A DNA stretch of 64,000 nucleotides, taken from NCBI RefSeq assembly GCF_006345805.1, contig NC_043020.1:29884001-29948000 (forward strand), read 5' to 3'. Within the stretch, counting starts at the first letter, position 1. Each line of letters begins with the position of its first letter. This DNA is from Octopus sinensis (lineage: Eukaryota). Below are positions 1 to 11,800 of this stretch, one piece after another. The notes beneath the pieces were generated by a model. It was not told the DNA's origin and did no database searches. It worked only from the letters and a program-made list of their open reading frames with translations. A program made the position numbers and the translations under genes.

Positions 1-3000
1 AAATGTAAGCTGTAATATAATGTTCAGATTTTCAATTTCATAATTTTTTTGTTTTTTTTGTAGTGAAAATAAATCAAATTTAAGGGCTTCCGTGGAGCAG
101 GATACAGTTGAACAATTCTTTTTCTGTGAAAAAGATGCTAGTAAATTTTTGATTTAACTCTTATTTCCATAGAAACAATGTTTCTTTAATAAATTTTGTA
201 GGGATAAATTTTCAATATAGTTTTGTAATTTTTAATTTATTTGATATAACCTTTACATTGACTTTGATTTTATATTAATCTAAAAAGGAATTTGTATCTG
301 ATTTGTTTGTTTGTTTTCAAATGGTCATTTAAGTTTCTTTAGGTGTTCAGTCTTTTAGTTTTAAGTTTTGTCTTATAAGTTCTTTAATAAATAATATAAA
401 TAAAAAGAAGTGATACAGTCAGTGTTCAAATTCAGACTTTGAGAGGTTAAAGTGCTAAAAAGTTTAACAATCCACATTGAACATTGTGCTGTGTGCTTTC
501 AATCAGTCAAGATACACATAGGAGTTTCTGTTTTCAAATAGAGGAAGAGTCTGTCCATGGTACCCATAAATTGAGCCCTTTACAGGTTTTGTGGACTGAC
601 CCCACTGCCCAAATCTTTCCATAGCTTTGCCTCCATCAGTTTTATGTGCACATGCACACTGACTGTGAATGGATTTTACTTGAGCAAAAATAGAGTACTC
701 AGAGTATGGCATAGTCAGTGTGTGTGTAGAAGGGGCTTGTTTCCCATGCATACTAATGCCCCCTTGTTTTTCCATTCCAGGGGACTATTTTCTATCATCT
801 AAAAACATATAAAGTCTTCACCATATGTTGATTTATACAAAATAGTCCAGTATTAGAGCATATAACCCATGTAACAAAAAAACAAAAAAAAGGCATTAGT
901 ATGCATGGGAGGGAAACAAACCCACACCTGTACATAATTACTGTGCTGGCCAAGGTAGACATGGCTACTTATTTACACACTCACCTGCATTTGCACCAAT
1001 GCTCAATGCAGCTTCTATAGAAGAGTCACTTTCATTATTGAATATTTAATTGTTAATATTAAATTTTGTATAATTTTAGTTTCGTTTTCTGATTTGGATA
1101 TTTTAAAATTTAATTTCAATTATATTCATCATTCATAAGGTAAACATAAGCAATCAACGTGTCAGCACATATGTTTATTGTGTGTGTGTGTGTATATATA
1201 TATACACATACGTATATATATTTCAGTTGCATTATAACCATGAAAACAGCAAAAAGATTGGGTATTTTTACCCTTTTAAGATGGAAAAAATTTGTCAACA
1301 GCCATGGGACAACTTTTTTCTGTCTTATAAAGGATAATAATACCCAATCTTTTTTATGGCTATAATGCGTTCGAAATATTACCTACTTGTCTGTAAAATA
1401 CAATATAATACACTTGACACTTTTAAAAACAAAATAAAAATTTGTTTACATATGTTGTTTATATATATAAACTTTGCCAGGTCAGACTGGGCCTGGTGCA
1501 GCCTTCTGGCTTCCCAGACCCCAGTTGAACCATCCAACCCATGCTAGCATGGAAGGCGGACGCTAAACGATGATGATGATGATGATATATGTTTGGCATT
1601 GTGAATTGTGTGTGGAGAGGGTGATGGCAACATTTCCAGAGACTCTTCGGACCTCACACATTCCACCATAGCAGATCTGAGTCACCTTGTTTGTTTGTTG
1701 TTTTTTACAACTCACACATTTGTTGACTGCTGGACTTGAAATTTAAAAAATTTCAATGAGTTTAAACACCACTGCACTAGTTGTATTACGACAGGCAAAC
1801 ATAGGTGCATGAATGCAGCAGGAAGTCTTTGTGCACTGGTGTAAATACATCCGGCTGTGAGTTGGCAGTGAAGAAACAGTGTCTCAAAACAGAGAAGTTA
1901 ACAAAAGATTGATTTACAGTGATGACATTTCGTCAGTAGACTCGGCTGGTGCTTGCCAACATAGAAACATGTTCAAACATTGACGGATGATCTATTAAGA
2001 TACTTTCCTATTCTCCCGGCTTCTCCGTCTTTGTTTCTACTGTACTCTTACATTGACTCTGTCAACTGATTTATTAATAAACTACTTCTTAGATATCATG
2101 ATTATTGTATGTTTCTAGCTCCAGTGGAACCAGTTAGACCAGATTAATAATGGATGCCATTGATGTGAGGAACTTTTACTTGTTCTTCTATTTTCCACTT
2201 GCAGTTAGGTGTGATTACCTGATAAGAACTCAAATGGGCTTGTAACCCAGGTTTCACTCTTGGTCCCTGCAGTTGTCTATTCACTTCTCTCCAGTACAAT
2301 TTAAGGTGCTGGGCTTAATTATATTGCCATTAATTCAGATTTAACCAGTGTTATTGAGCAAGGGCATCTAACTCTGCTTTCTCTAGTTTGCTCGAAGAAA
2401 ATACTGGTGGCATATGGTAGGAATGGCAACTGTTTAAAAAGAAAACAATTTCTTCAAGTAGCTCATCCTACTCACTAAAGAATAGGTGTAAAACAAGTTT
2501 AATAAAATCAAAGGCTAAAAATCAGCTAAAAATTTTACTTTTCATTAGAATTTGTTGTATATCTTTAGCCGTGGTTTGAAGTCAGACACCCCCTAACAGC
2601 TACTGCCAACTGTTGTCTGTCGCAAGCCGGGTTTAAATTATTGTGTTCAATCAATGAAGTCTGTAGCTGTTTAAAACTAGGGACCAGTGTAGAGTCCATT
2701 ACCCACTATGATGGGGAACACAAAACCCGTGACCTGGGGTTGGTTTAATGACTGCATGAATAAAAGTTTATGGAGGGTACCCTTGATGATCAACCTTTTA
2801 GGAATGGTAGGTAGGGTTTGAATCCAGATAAAAACTGACTTGACCAAGCAAATCACTTGGTTGTGGAATATCTGTGGTTGGTCAGTGAAACACAGGATTC
2901 TCAGATTTATTTGCTAGTGAGTAATTTAGTATATGTTTAGATGATACAGAAGGCATTCACCTCAGATACTTGAGTTGGGTTACAATATATTTTAGCTAAC

Positions 3001-5469
3001 ACAGCTAACTTATCTTGCCATCATGGTTCTCATTACCATCTTCATCGGCTTAACATCCACTTTTCCATGCTTGCATTTGTTGAGGCAAATTTTCTGCAGC
3101 CAGATCCCTTTCCTGTTGCCAACCCTCACTTGTTTCCAAGCGAATTAATATTTCCCCTTTGCTGAGGCATTCATTTTGTGGAAGATTAGGAATGCACATC
3201 ATCATTTGTATAACAGTGGTCATACAAGGGCTCAACTATGACATGATGTCACAATAAGAGTACACAGACGTATGTGTGTGTGTGTGTGTAATATATATAT
3301 ATACATACATATATACATACCCATGTACACATTCATGTACATTGATACACAGTGGGCTTCTTTTAGTTTCCTCACACCAAATCCCTTCACATGGCTTTGT
3401 CAGCCCAAAGCTAGAGTGGAAGGCACTGGCCTAAGGTGCTGGCTGCATCTTAACTGCACAGCTACACTTGCACCTAATAAGAAAACCAAAGGGGCATCTG
3501 GGTTCGAACCAAGGCACTCCCAATCTGCATTCAATTTGTCCTGGATTAGGTTTTTATTTGAAGTTACCTCCACCAACAATGTCTCCCCTGTTTTCTGTGA
3601 CTGGATGCCTTTACTGTCACCAACTACTTTACAAGGATGTACAGAGTGTATTTTACTAGGGGAATTATGCCCACCTCAACAACACTAACAAGATAAGCTG
3701 TGGATTATAGTAGATTATGAGTATTACTGAGGATTACTTGTAACCATTTTGATCCTCAGTTTTTTTTTATTGGTTTTGGGCATAGAAAGTTTCAATTATT
3801 GCATGAAAATAATCTATACCTGTTTTACTAGTATAGTGTTGGACTTGTTGCTCAAAGAACTCCTAAAATGATTTTCCATGTATGTGTTCATTGAAATCCT
3901 CTGCAGGTATTTTAAGGTGTCTTTGAGAAGTTCACTTAATTCTACACACTTTGTGAAACAGCTCCTCTGAGAATATTGCCTAAAAATAGACTGGTATCCA
4001 CTCACAGGGAAGATCTACTTCTCATTTATTTCATAATTTAAAATTAGCATGGCTTTCTTCTTCCCAAAGAAGCCTTAGGAAGTACACTTTTGTATATAAA
4101 ATAGGGTTGGTTCAGCCTATGATCTCTCTCTCGCACACACACCTTGGGTGTCATATTTCTAATCTTTATATATCCAAGAAATTTTGTTAGTTGCTTCTTT
4201 AAAAATAATTTTTATATTTGCTGCTTTAGTAAATAAAATTTCTAATTTTTGTAATGTTCTTTTACCAAAGTGTATTTAAGAGATGCTATGAAAACGATTC
4301 CCCTAATTAATTTACGAAAGAGACAATTAGTATTTCTAATTCTGTAATGATCATATTCTCACCATCTGCTCCAACTTGAAGGAATAAAGAAAATATACTA
4401 GCATTAATAGTTGATAGATATCAAACAACAAAAATAGTATATACAAAAATAATACGGTAGTCATAGAATAATTCCATTCTTTCATTTGCAAGTAGAAACA
4501 TGACTCTACATTATAGACTGTCTTATTGTAACAAGTTCTGTTGTATTAGCAACAAGGTAGAGGGGTTAGGGATTGTTTCTGGAGTTTTAATTGTCCAGAC
4601 CCAGTGTCTGTAATGTGTTACGTAGCTAACATGACCAAAGCCGTAGAAGCATTGGGTAAGTCCTACTCTTATCCTTTCAGTACTGATTAAAATACGTACT
4701 TGTAATATCCAGTGGTTAAGTTGTATAAGCCACTACACTACTCTTCTCCAAAAGTTTTTATCTCTAATCAAAAGGAATCTGTATTTATTGAAAATTGCAA
4801 GATAAACCGTGAATGTAATAGTTTTTAATTCTAGAGGTAAGTTACAGAAGTTTAAACTAGAAAATGTATATAAAAGACATTTAGATAAATTTCTATCAAG
4901 ATTGGAGTAATTAGATCGGGTAATGATTTTTAATTGAATTTATTAAATGAATCTAATAATAGGAATAATGAAATTAATGTTGAGTGCTGGTCTTGTGAAT
5001 TTGATGCTTAACCAGTTTGGGGATTTGCTAAAACATCAATTTAAGGATTTCTTGTTTGAGTATCTGCTTTGTATGGATGCTGTCCACTGACATGTAAATT
5101 GGCAGTTTAGTGTTATAGCTAATGTCTTTGGTTTAATTAAGTCTTTCTAATAAGTTGAGCTGTGACAAAATGGTTGCAGCATAGCTTTCAAAATTTCCTC
5201 TTAGCATTCATAACATGCGATGTGAATGAACCTTATTTTTGAACCGAGTTGGGGAAATATTCTTGAATGATTAAAAAGAGTTATAATGGTAAACACAATG
5301 TTGGTTCCCAGCTAATTTAGGACTAATTTCCCAAATACTGTTTCACAAAAACCTTTTGCTATCAGTATTGTTTCTTGAAACTCTTTTTAATTTCATTATT
5401 GTTTATAAGTGATGAATTAAAAATTTGGTAATTACCAATTAGGGAATGTAAAAGATTGTTGCAATGTGA

Positions 5470-5684
5470 TTTACAAGCTGGCCAAGTCAGGTCTAAATAT
5501 TTTACTTGTTTTATGCTTGAACCGGTTAGATTCTGGCCTTTCATATCTACTCTACAATGTCGTTCTAAAAATAAACACACGTCACTGAAATCTCCGAGCT
5601 GTGAGATAATGCATGATTAATTCAAAGCTATGTGAATAAATAAGCATTACATTTGACCGAGTGATCTGAATGCTAAAGGCTTGA
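5470..5684. repeat. Dispersed repeat (MITE-like), related copies at about 9000-9180 and 21990-22110
   Basis: Shared string tctggcct..ctactctacaatgtc..ctaaaaata..catcattgaaatct..gcta..agataatgca in three introns. Confidence 0.6.
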
Positions 5685-5843
5685 TAAGGTCACACCTTGT
5701 TTTCATTGTATTATATATTGAAATGATTTTTCAGTTTCTGTTAACTCTTTGTTAAAAATCTATTTTCTTTCTTTCAGGGTAAATTTTTTTTTTAAATTAT
5801 CACAACTGCACGTTGGTGTTTCCTTCCAACAACAAGCAGCATA

Positions 5844-5893
5844 CTGGACGGACATAAAGAAGAGGGTGGTGTTTCCCGACGCTCCGGAGGACG
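5844..5893 (+). CDS. EIF4G2: eIF4G2 coding exon 1 (exon starts 5778; CUG start), (L/M)DGHKEEGGVSRRSGGR
   Basis: Acceptor tttcag ending 5777, donor GTGAGT at 5894; EEGGVSR resembles vertebrate AEGGASR; phase 2 joins next exon. Confidence 0.85.
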
Positions 5894-8800
5894 GTGAGTC
5901 TTTCTAAAAATCCTTTCTGGTTCCTCTGGATCTGTTTAATCCAGACTTTACAATATTTAGTCTTCAGACTTTTGCTTGGTTACCGATATGTCTTCAGACA
6001 GAGGAGTCATAATATTGGAAGTAACAAGAAATATAAAATAACCATTAAAAGGAAATATTCGTTTCTAACCTGTGCACAAAAAGGCAGGGCATAGGTTTTA
6101 GTTGATTAGATCAAACCCAGTACTTGGCTGCTACTTTGTATTGGTTCCATCTCTTCCTGAAGTCAAATTTAGCAGAATTTGAATTCCAGAATGTAAAATG
6201 ATGCCACGAAATATTACAAGACATTTTGTCTGCTACTCTTCAAATGCTGGTGATTTTGTAGGGTTTTATAGAAAAATATGTCTTTGGTTTATTGGAGATT
6301 TTCACTGAAAGTGGTTTAATATTGTCTTGGTTGATTCAAAATAATTTCAACTCTAGTTTCAAGATTATTGACCATACATTGTCAACTTTTGAGATTAACT
6401 AACCTCTGTAATTTGCACAAGTCAACATGAGGGCCTCTGTTATCGCTTGATCTGCAAGAGATAACCAAACTGTCCCTCAAATGATATCTGTACTTTGTTG
6501 AGAAAGAAAAAAACACAACCTAGTCCTACGTACTCCTGAAAAGATAGGTCATCATGTCTAGAATACATCTGTTTGACTAGAGTTGACTTGGGGTTACGCA
6601 CAAACGACAGTGACTTCTGTAAATAATAATATTAGGCATTTTGTCAGATGCTGTGATGATGATGATGTCCTTAATTATTCTAAAGCAAGTGGTCTTGAGT
6701 TCATCAATGCTCAGAGTAGATTTTAGTTGATGTTTATAGCATTGTCGTCTTTGAGCAAACAGACCTGGACAACATTTAACTATTGTTGCATTTTATAGGG
6801 ATAAGTAGGATGTTGTTTGAGGGAAAGTTGCCTACTGTTTCTAGCATGTCGAGCAACCATACAGAAACCATTCTCTCTACATACCTTTGTGACTGATTGT
6901 TATTTTTTGTTTGTTTACTTTTTTTTTTTAACATTGCATTTTCCTATTGTTTCAGATGGAATCCACCTAGTAAACAACGAGATGGTCTTTCAGTTGATGA
7001 GAAAAATGATCTGATATTCCGTAAGGCCAGAGGGTAAGTTTCTTCATGACTTACATATATTATGTAAACAAAAATTAAAAATTTACAACCATCACCCACT
7101 TTTTGTCTGAGGTTCTTTGTATTTTAATTGAGCAATTTCAACTCAACGTGTGAAGATATATTTGTTGTGAATACATAAGGGAAAGAAAAGGAAAATTTGT
7201 ACTTTTTAAGTCTGTTATCGTAATTGGTTTTTTCTAGGACAGTTTATAAAGCTGTATTGAGTCACTGGCAAATGATCTTCCAGAAAGTGTTTCAGTCAGT
7301 GAGATGCTGGAGAAATGCTATGTATAAAAAAATTCCGTGCTTGTAACAAAACCAAACAGGAGACTGCAGCAGAAGTCATAATTATGAATCTAGTTCAAGA
7401 ATTCACTTCTCTTTTTAATTTAATTTATTGGAAATTAGCACCCCCTCACCCCCATCCCAGTAGAGTCTGTTCTCATTTTTAGAAATAACCTAATTAATAT
7501 CAGCTTCATTGAATGAAACTTGAAAATTTAGATGTAATATCATCTAGACATATGTGACTGTTTCAAGAATGTAGACGCATATAATATACCTTTCCAAATT
7601 TGTAATACTATTTTGGCAAATGGAAACTGAATGAAGCTTATTATATGTATGTATTTATATATGTGTGTACCTGTTATGTTGACGAGTGGGTTTCTAAACG
7701 AGCAAGCAATGTTATTTCTACTCTTCTGTGAAAAATATGTCTGGATATGGAAAATATTATTTCACTTTGAAACAGGTTTGCGATAGGATGGTTGGCCTCA
7801 ACAAAATTCTGTCTGATCTCTGCAAACATGGGAAGTGGATGTTGTGATGAGGAATGAATGGTTTAACCGATGCAGTATTCCCATCATTGTAATGGGACCC
7901 ACAAAGGTTTTCAGTGCTTTGTTTCAAATAAAATGTGTTGTCATATATTTATCATGTGTTGGGGGTTTGTGGGGAGGAGAGAAAAAGATGGGAAACTCCC
8001 TTAAAAATTGATTTCAGGTTTTTTTTTATCTCTAAAATAGGGCTGCCATCCATTAAGGTTGACCCTGTATCTGTACTTGCATGTGCTGGCTTTGGCAAGA
8101 TTTTCTGAGGAAGGCTGGCAGTGTTGCCTATGTATTCAAGTTTCCACTCTTCATAATATCAGAGTGTTTAATGTAAGGGAAAGGCCACCAACTTGGACAG
8201 ATCACACAATTTGGCACCAATGTCATCACAACAGTTGTTGGAACACACAGAGCTGGCACAGATACCAAAAGGCACCTCACCTGTCCCTCAGACCATTCTG
8301 CCAATCCAATGCCCTGGGTTGATACTTTTGTTTCAATCCCCAAAGTTTAAAAGGCAAAGTTGACCTCAATGGAATTTGAAATCAGAGCACAGATAATTGC
8401 AACAAATTTATCTCTAATCTCTGGAAAATTTTAAATATTTGGATTGACAATTATTAAATTTATTGTTAATATTTATGTCATTGAATGACCTTTTCTATTT
8501 TAATTATCTCTTAAATGATGTGTCAAAATGCTAATAGGAATTGTAAACTATAAGAATGTGGTTGCAGCATTCCAAGCCTTTTGATATTAACCTGCCTGAA
8601 GCCATCTTTAGTTCCATGATAGAAATTCTTTGTTTTTAAAATGATGTAAATTAAAATCTTGCACCAAGCTTTCATGTTAATTTATTTTCCAAACACTAGC
8701 TTAATAACAACACAATTATTTTAATAAATTCTTCATTATTCTCAACATTAATTGAAACAAAGACAGGATGTTTCAACATAAACGACATCAAAAGGGTTTA

Positions 8801-11800
8801 AGCATTTGTGGAATAAAATTGTGACTGTAGATTGAGGATGGGAAGTTGTGGTGGATACACACTTGCGGTTAATTATATTTTAATACCTTTTTTAAGCAAT
8901 AGAAAAAGGCCCTTTTCTATATTTCATCTCTTTGAGTGATTTTGAAGGGAGAAGCAAGATAAAACTTGATATTTGAAAATCTGCTTTAATACTTCAGCAT
9001 TTAAGCTGGCCTTATCTGGCTCGATTATGTTGAAACTAGCCAGATCCCACCCTTATAATGTCATACTAAAAGTAAGTGATCATATAGTTGAAATCTTGAG
9101 GCTATAAGATTATAAGATAATGCAGGATTAAATATTCCAAACTATGTATATAAAGAATAATCTGAACGCTAACGAGCCAAATTGGTTCTGGTTTTTTAAT
9201 TGATTCAATAGTTAATTACTAAATGTAATTTTACAAAAAAATGTTTTTTTTTTCTTTCTTTATTTTGTAGAATTCTCAATAAACTTACTCCGGAGAAGTT
9301 TGATAAGTTAAGTTTGGAGCTTCTAAATGTTGGTATTGACTCCCAGCTCATCCTTAAGGGAATTATTCTTCTGGTAAGGACAAATGTATTTGTTTAATTA
9401 TATATATATTTTTTTTTGTTTCTTGAATTTGACTGCAATTCTTCTTGTATTTTTAATATTGTTTTTTCAGATAATTTTGGAAATTATAAAGAATTTAATG
9501 AGAATTTAGTGAAATAAACTTTAGAATGGTGTTTGAAGCATAACTTTGTATCATGTTCTTATAAATTTGTGATGGAATGTTTTACGAGTGGACAGGTGGG
9601 AATAGATAAAAGCTGTTTGAATTGAGAAGCAAGTTTCCACCCTGGCACAATAGCTCCATGGTGCACAATTGCTGTGCTACTACTACTGATCATGTAGTCA
9701 CTAGTTACAAAAACTAGCTATAATCAGTTTTATCCTTAGGCAGTGCAGATTAATTGCCTTCTTGTTAATCAAAAGATGCCTATTCTGGATGATTCAATGA
9801 TTAATGGAAGATCCCAAGTTTAAGCGTATTTCTATGAACATTGTCCGAGTGGTTTAAATTCTGTTCCTGCTGAAAGCATGGAAATGGATGTAAAATAATT
9901 TAGAACACTGACCAAAGAAATAAAAGGAAATGGATTTTAAAATTTTTGTTACTTAATCAGATTTTTTTTTTTTTAAAAAGCTTAAAACTTAATCTAGCTT
10001 AAAATAACTGGATTAACATTGACTGTTGAAGGAAAAAAAAGTTTTCAATTTTAATGTCAGGTTTATTGTTACTTTGTTTGAATTGAGATTTATTTAGAAA
10101 AAATGGAAGCATAGGGCTGTGGGGCTGTTGTTAGGATTAAAGAAATTAAAAAGCAGCAGTTTATACCTTGCTTAATAGTGTGAACTGAATTAGTGGACTG
10201 TTTTGAAGGTATGATGTAGATGTACAGTAACAATGAACTACCACTGCTCTCTCCCCTCCTTCTCCGTTGTACTCATCTTCTGGCCTTTGGAATAAATAAC
10301 ACTAACAATATATGTAAAAAAAAAAAAAAAAAATTTATTCCAATCTTGTAGGTGTGGGTACATATGTAACCATATGTAATTATTTTAAGGTAGAAAAATG
10401 TTTAAATTTATTTGAATTCAGTGAATGCAAATTTATTTTGTTTTTAAATTTGTCTGCATAATATCTAAGTCCATAAGGTTTGCAAATACTACAAACTTAA
10501 TGTGTTTTTTAAAACTCAGATTTTCAGATAATTACCAATTGGTTCCAATTACTTTAGATTCTGAAAGAATTTAGTCTTTGTTATTTTTGTCGATGCTGGA
10601 TTTTAAAAAAAAATAAGAAAAACATTAAAATCTATTTTGTTTATTTTTCTTTTCATGTTAGACAAGATCAGTTTGAAAAACAACCCACTTTTCTTTGATT
10701 TTTACAGATCTTCGAAAAAGCCTTAGATGAGCCAAAATATAGTTCACTTTATGCACAGCTATGTCACCGTCTCTGTAAGGACGCTCCAAATTTTGATCAC
10801 TCTTCCTCTAAAACTATTGTAAGTCCTTTTCTTCTTTCCTCCTGTTCTTTGCAGTTTTATGTATATTTATTAAATCATTTTTCATATTTAAAATACATCT
10901 AAAATATCATTCAAAATTTGTTGCTTTTGATAGTTTTCACAAATTCTAATAATTGTTATGACTAATGTTAGTAACTTTGTTTCACATTAATATTTTTAGA
11001 CTTTTCGACGTCTACTCTTAAATAAGTGCCAGGATGAATTTGAAAACCGATCCCGTGCTACCGAAGGTAAACCACTTCTTTTTTTTTTTACATTGCGTGT
11101 ATTTAAAATGTGAGAGATTATAATTTTAGACTTTTCAAATTTTTCTTTGGTTGGTTAAATAGAATTTGAGATGTGGCTTTAGGTAGGGGGCATCTAGCTA
11201 TAGAAACCGCGCCTAAACTGACATTGGAGATTGATACACAACCCCAAGGCTTGCTGGATCCTGTCAAACTGTCCAACGCAAGCCAGCATGGGGTTTGATT
11301 AGCCGGAAACTAAAAGAAGCCCACCATGTATGTGTCTGTGTTTATGTCCCCCACCGCTGCTTGACAACTGGTGTTGGTGTGTTTACATCCCTGTAGCTTA
11401 GAATAAGTACCAGGATTCAAAAATAAGTACTGGATTCAATTTGATTTGTATTCAAGACATTGCCCCAGCAGTGAAATGAGCAAAAGATAAGATACAGGTA
11501 GTGGGAGGGAGGGAGAGAGAGACTACAATTAATCGAACATGTGGACAGAAACAGTAACCAGAGAACCAATGCCAAAACGTCTGGTATGTCCTGTTTCATA
11601 TAATGAATAGGAGAAGGTGAGTGATGTGAGTAACAAAGAGGAATATGAGACCCAGATGTCTGATACATTTATGTATCCCGTCCTTCATCCCTACCCTAAT
11701 TTTAAAGACCCGTTTTGCTAATTTGAATGTTATTTATTTTCAGCATTTGATAAGAAAGATGGCCCCCTCAATGATGATGAAGCAGAGCAATACCATCTGG

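Noticed and set aside
1914-1936. Minus-strand CTGACGAAA...GTA hammerhead-like string
   Set aside because: Core halves overlap, leaving no stem II.
3712-3730. AGATTATGAG, antisense to the tRNA-Met anticodon loop as in SNORD97
   Set aside because: CTGA is 3 nt too far for the D+5 rule at C34, there is no C box upstream, and the CTGA belongs to a separate local hairpin.
4823-4842. AG|GTAAGT recursive-splice-like site
   Set aside because: Short pyrimidine tract with a competing upstream AG; no way to support it without nascent RNA data.
5611-5675. C/D snoRNA-like motif (ATGATTA...CTGA) with 10-nt complementarity to 5.8S rRNA (CCGAGTGATC)
   Set aside because: It lies inside a dispersed repeat with related copies at about 9000-9180 and 21990-22110; terminal stem geometry is wrong.
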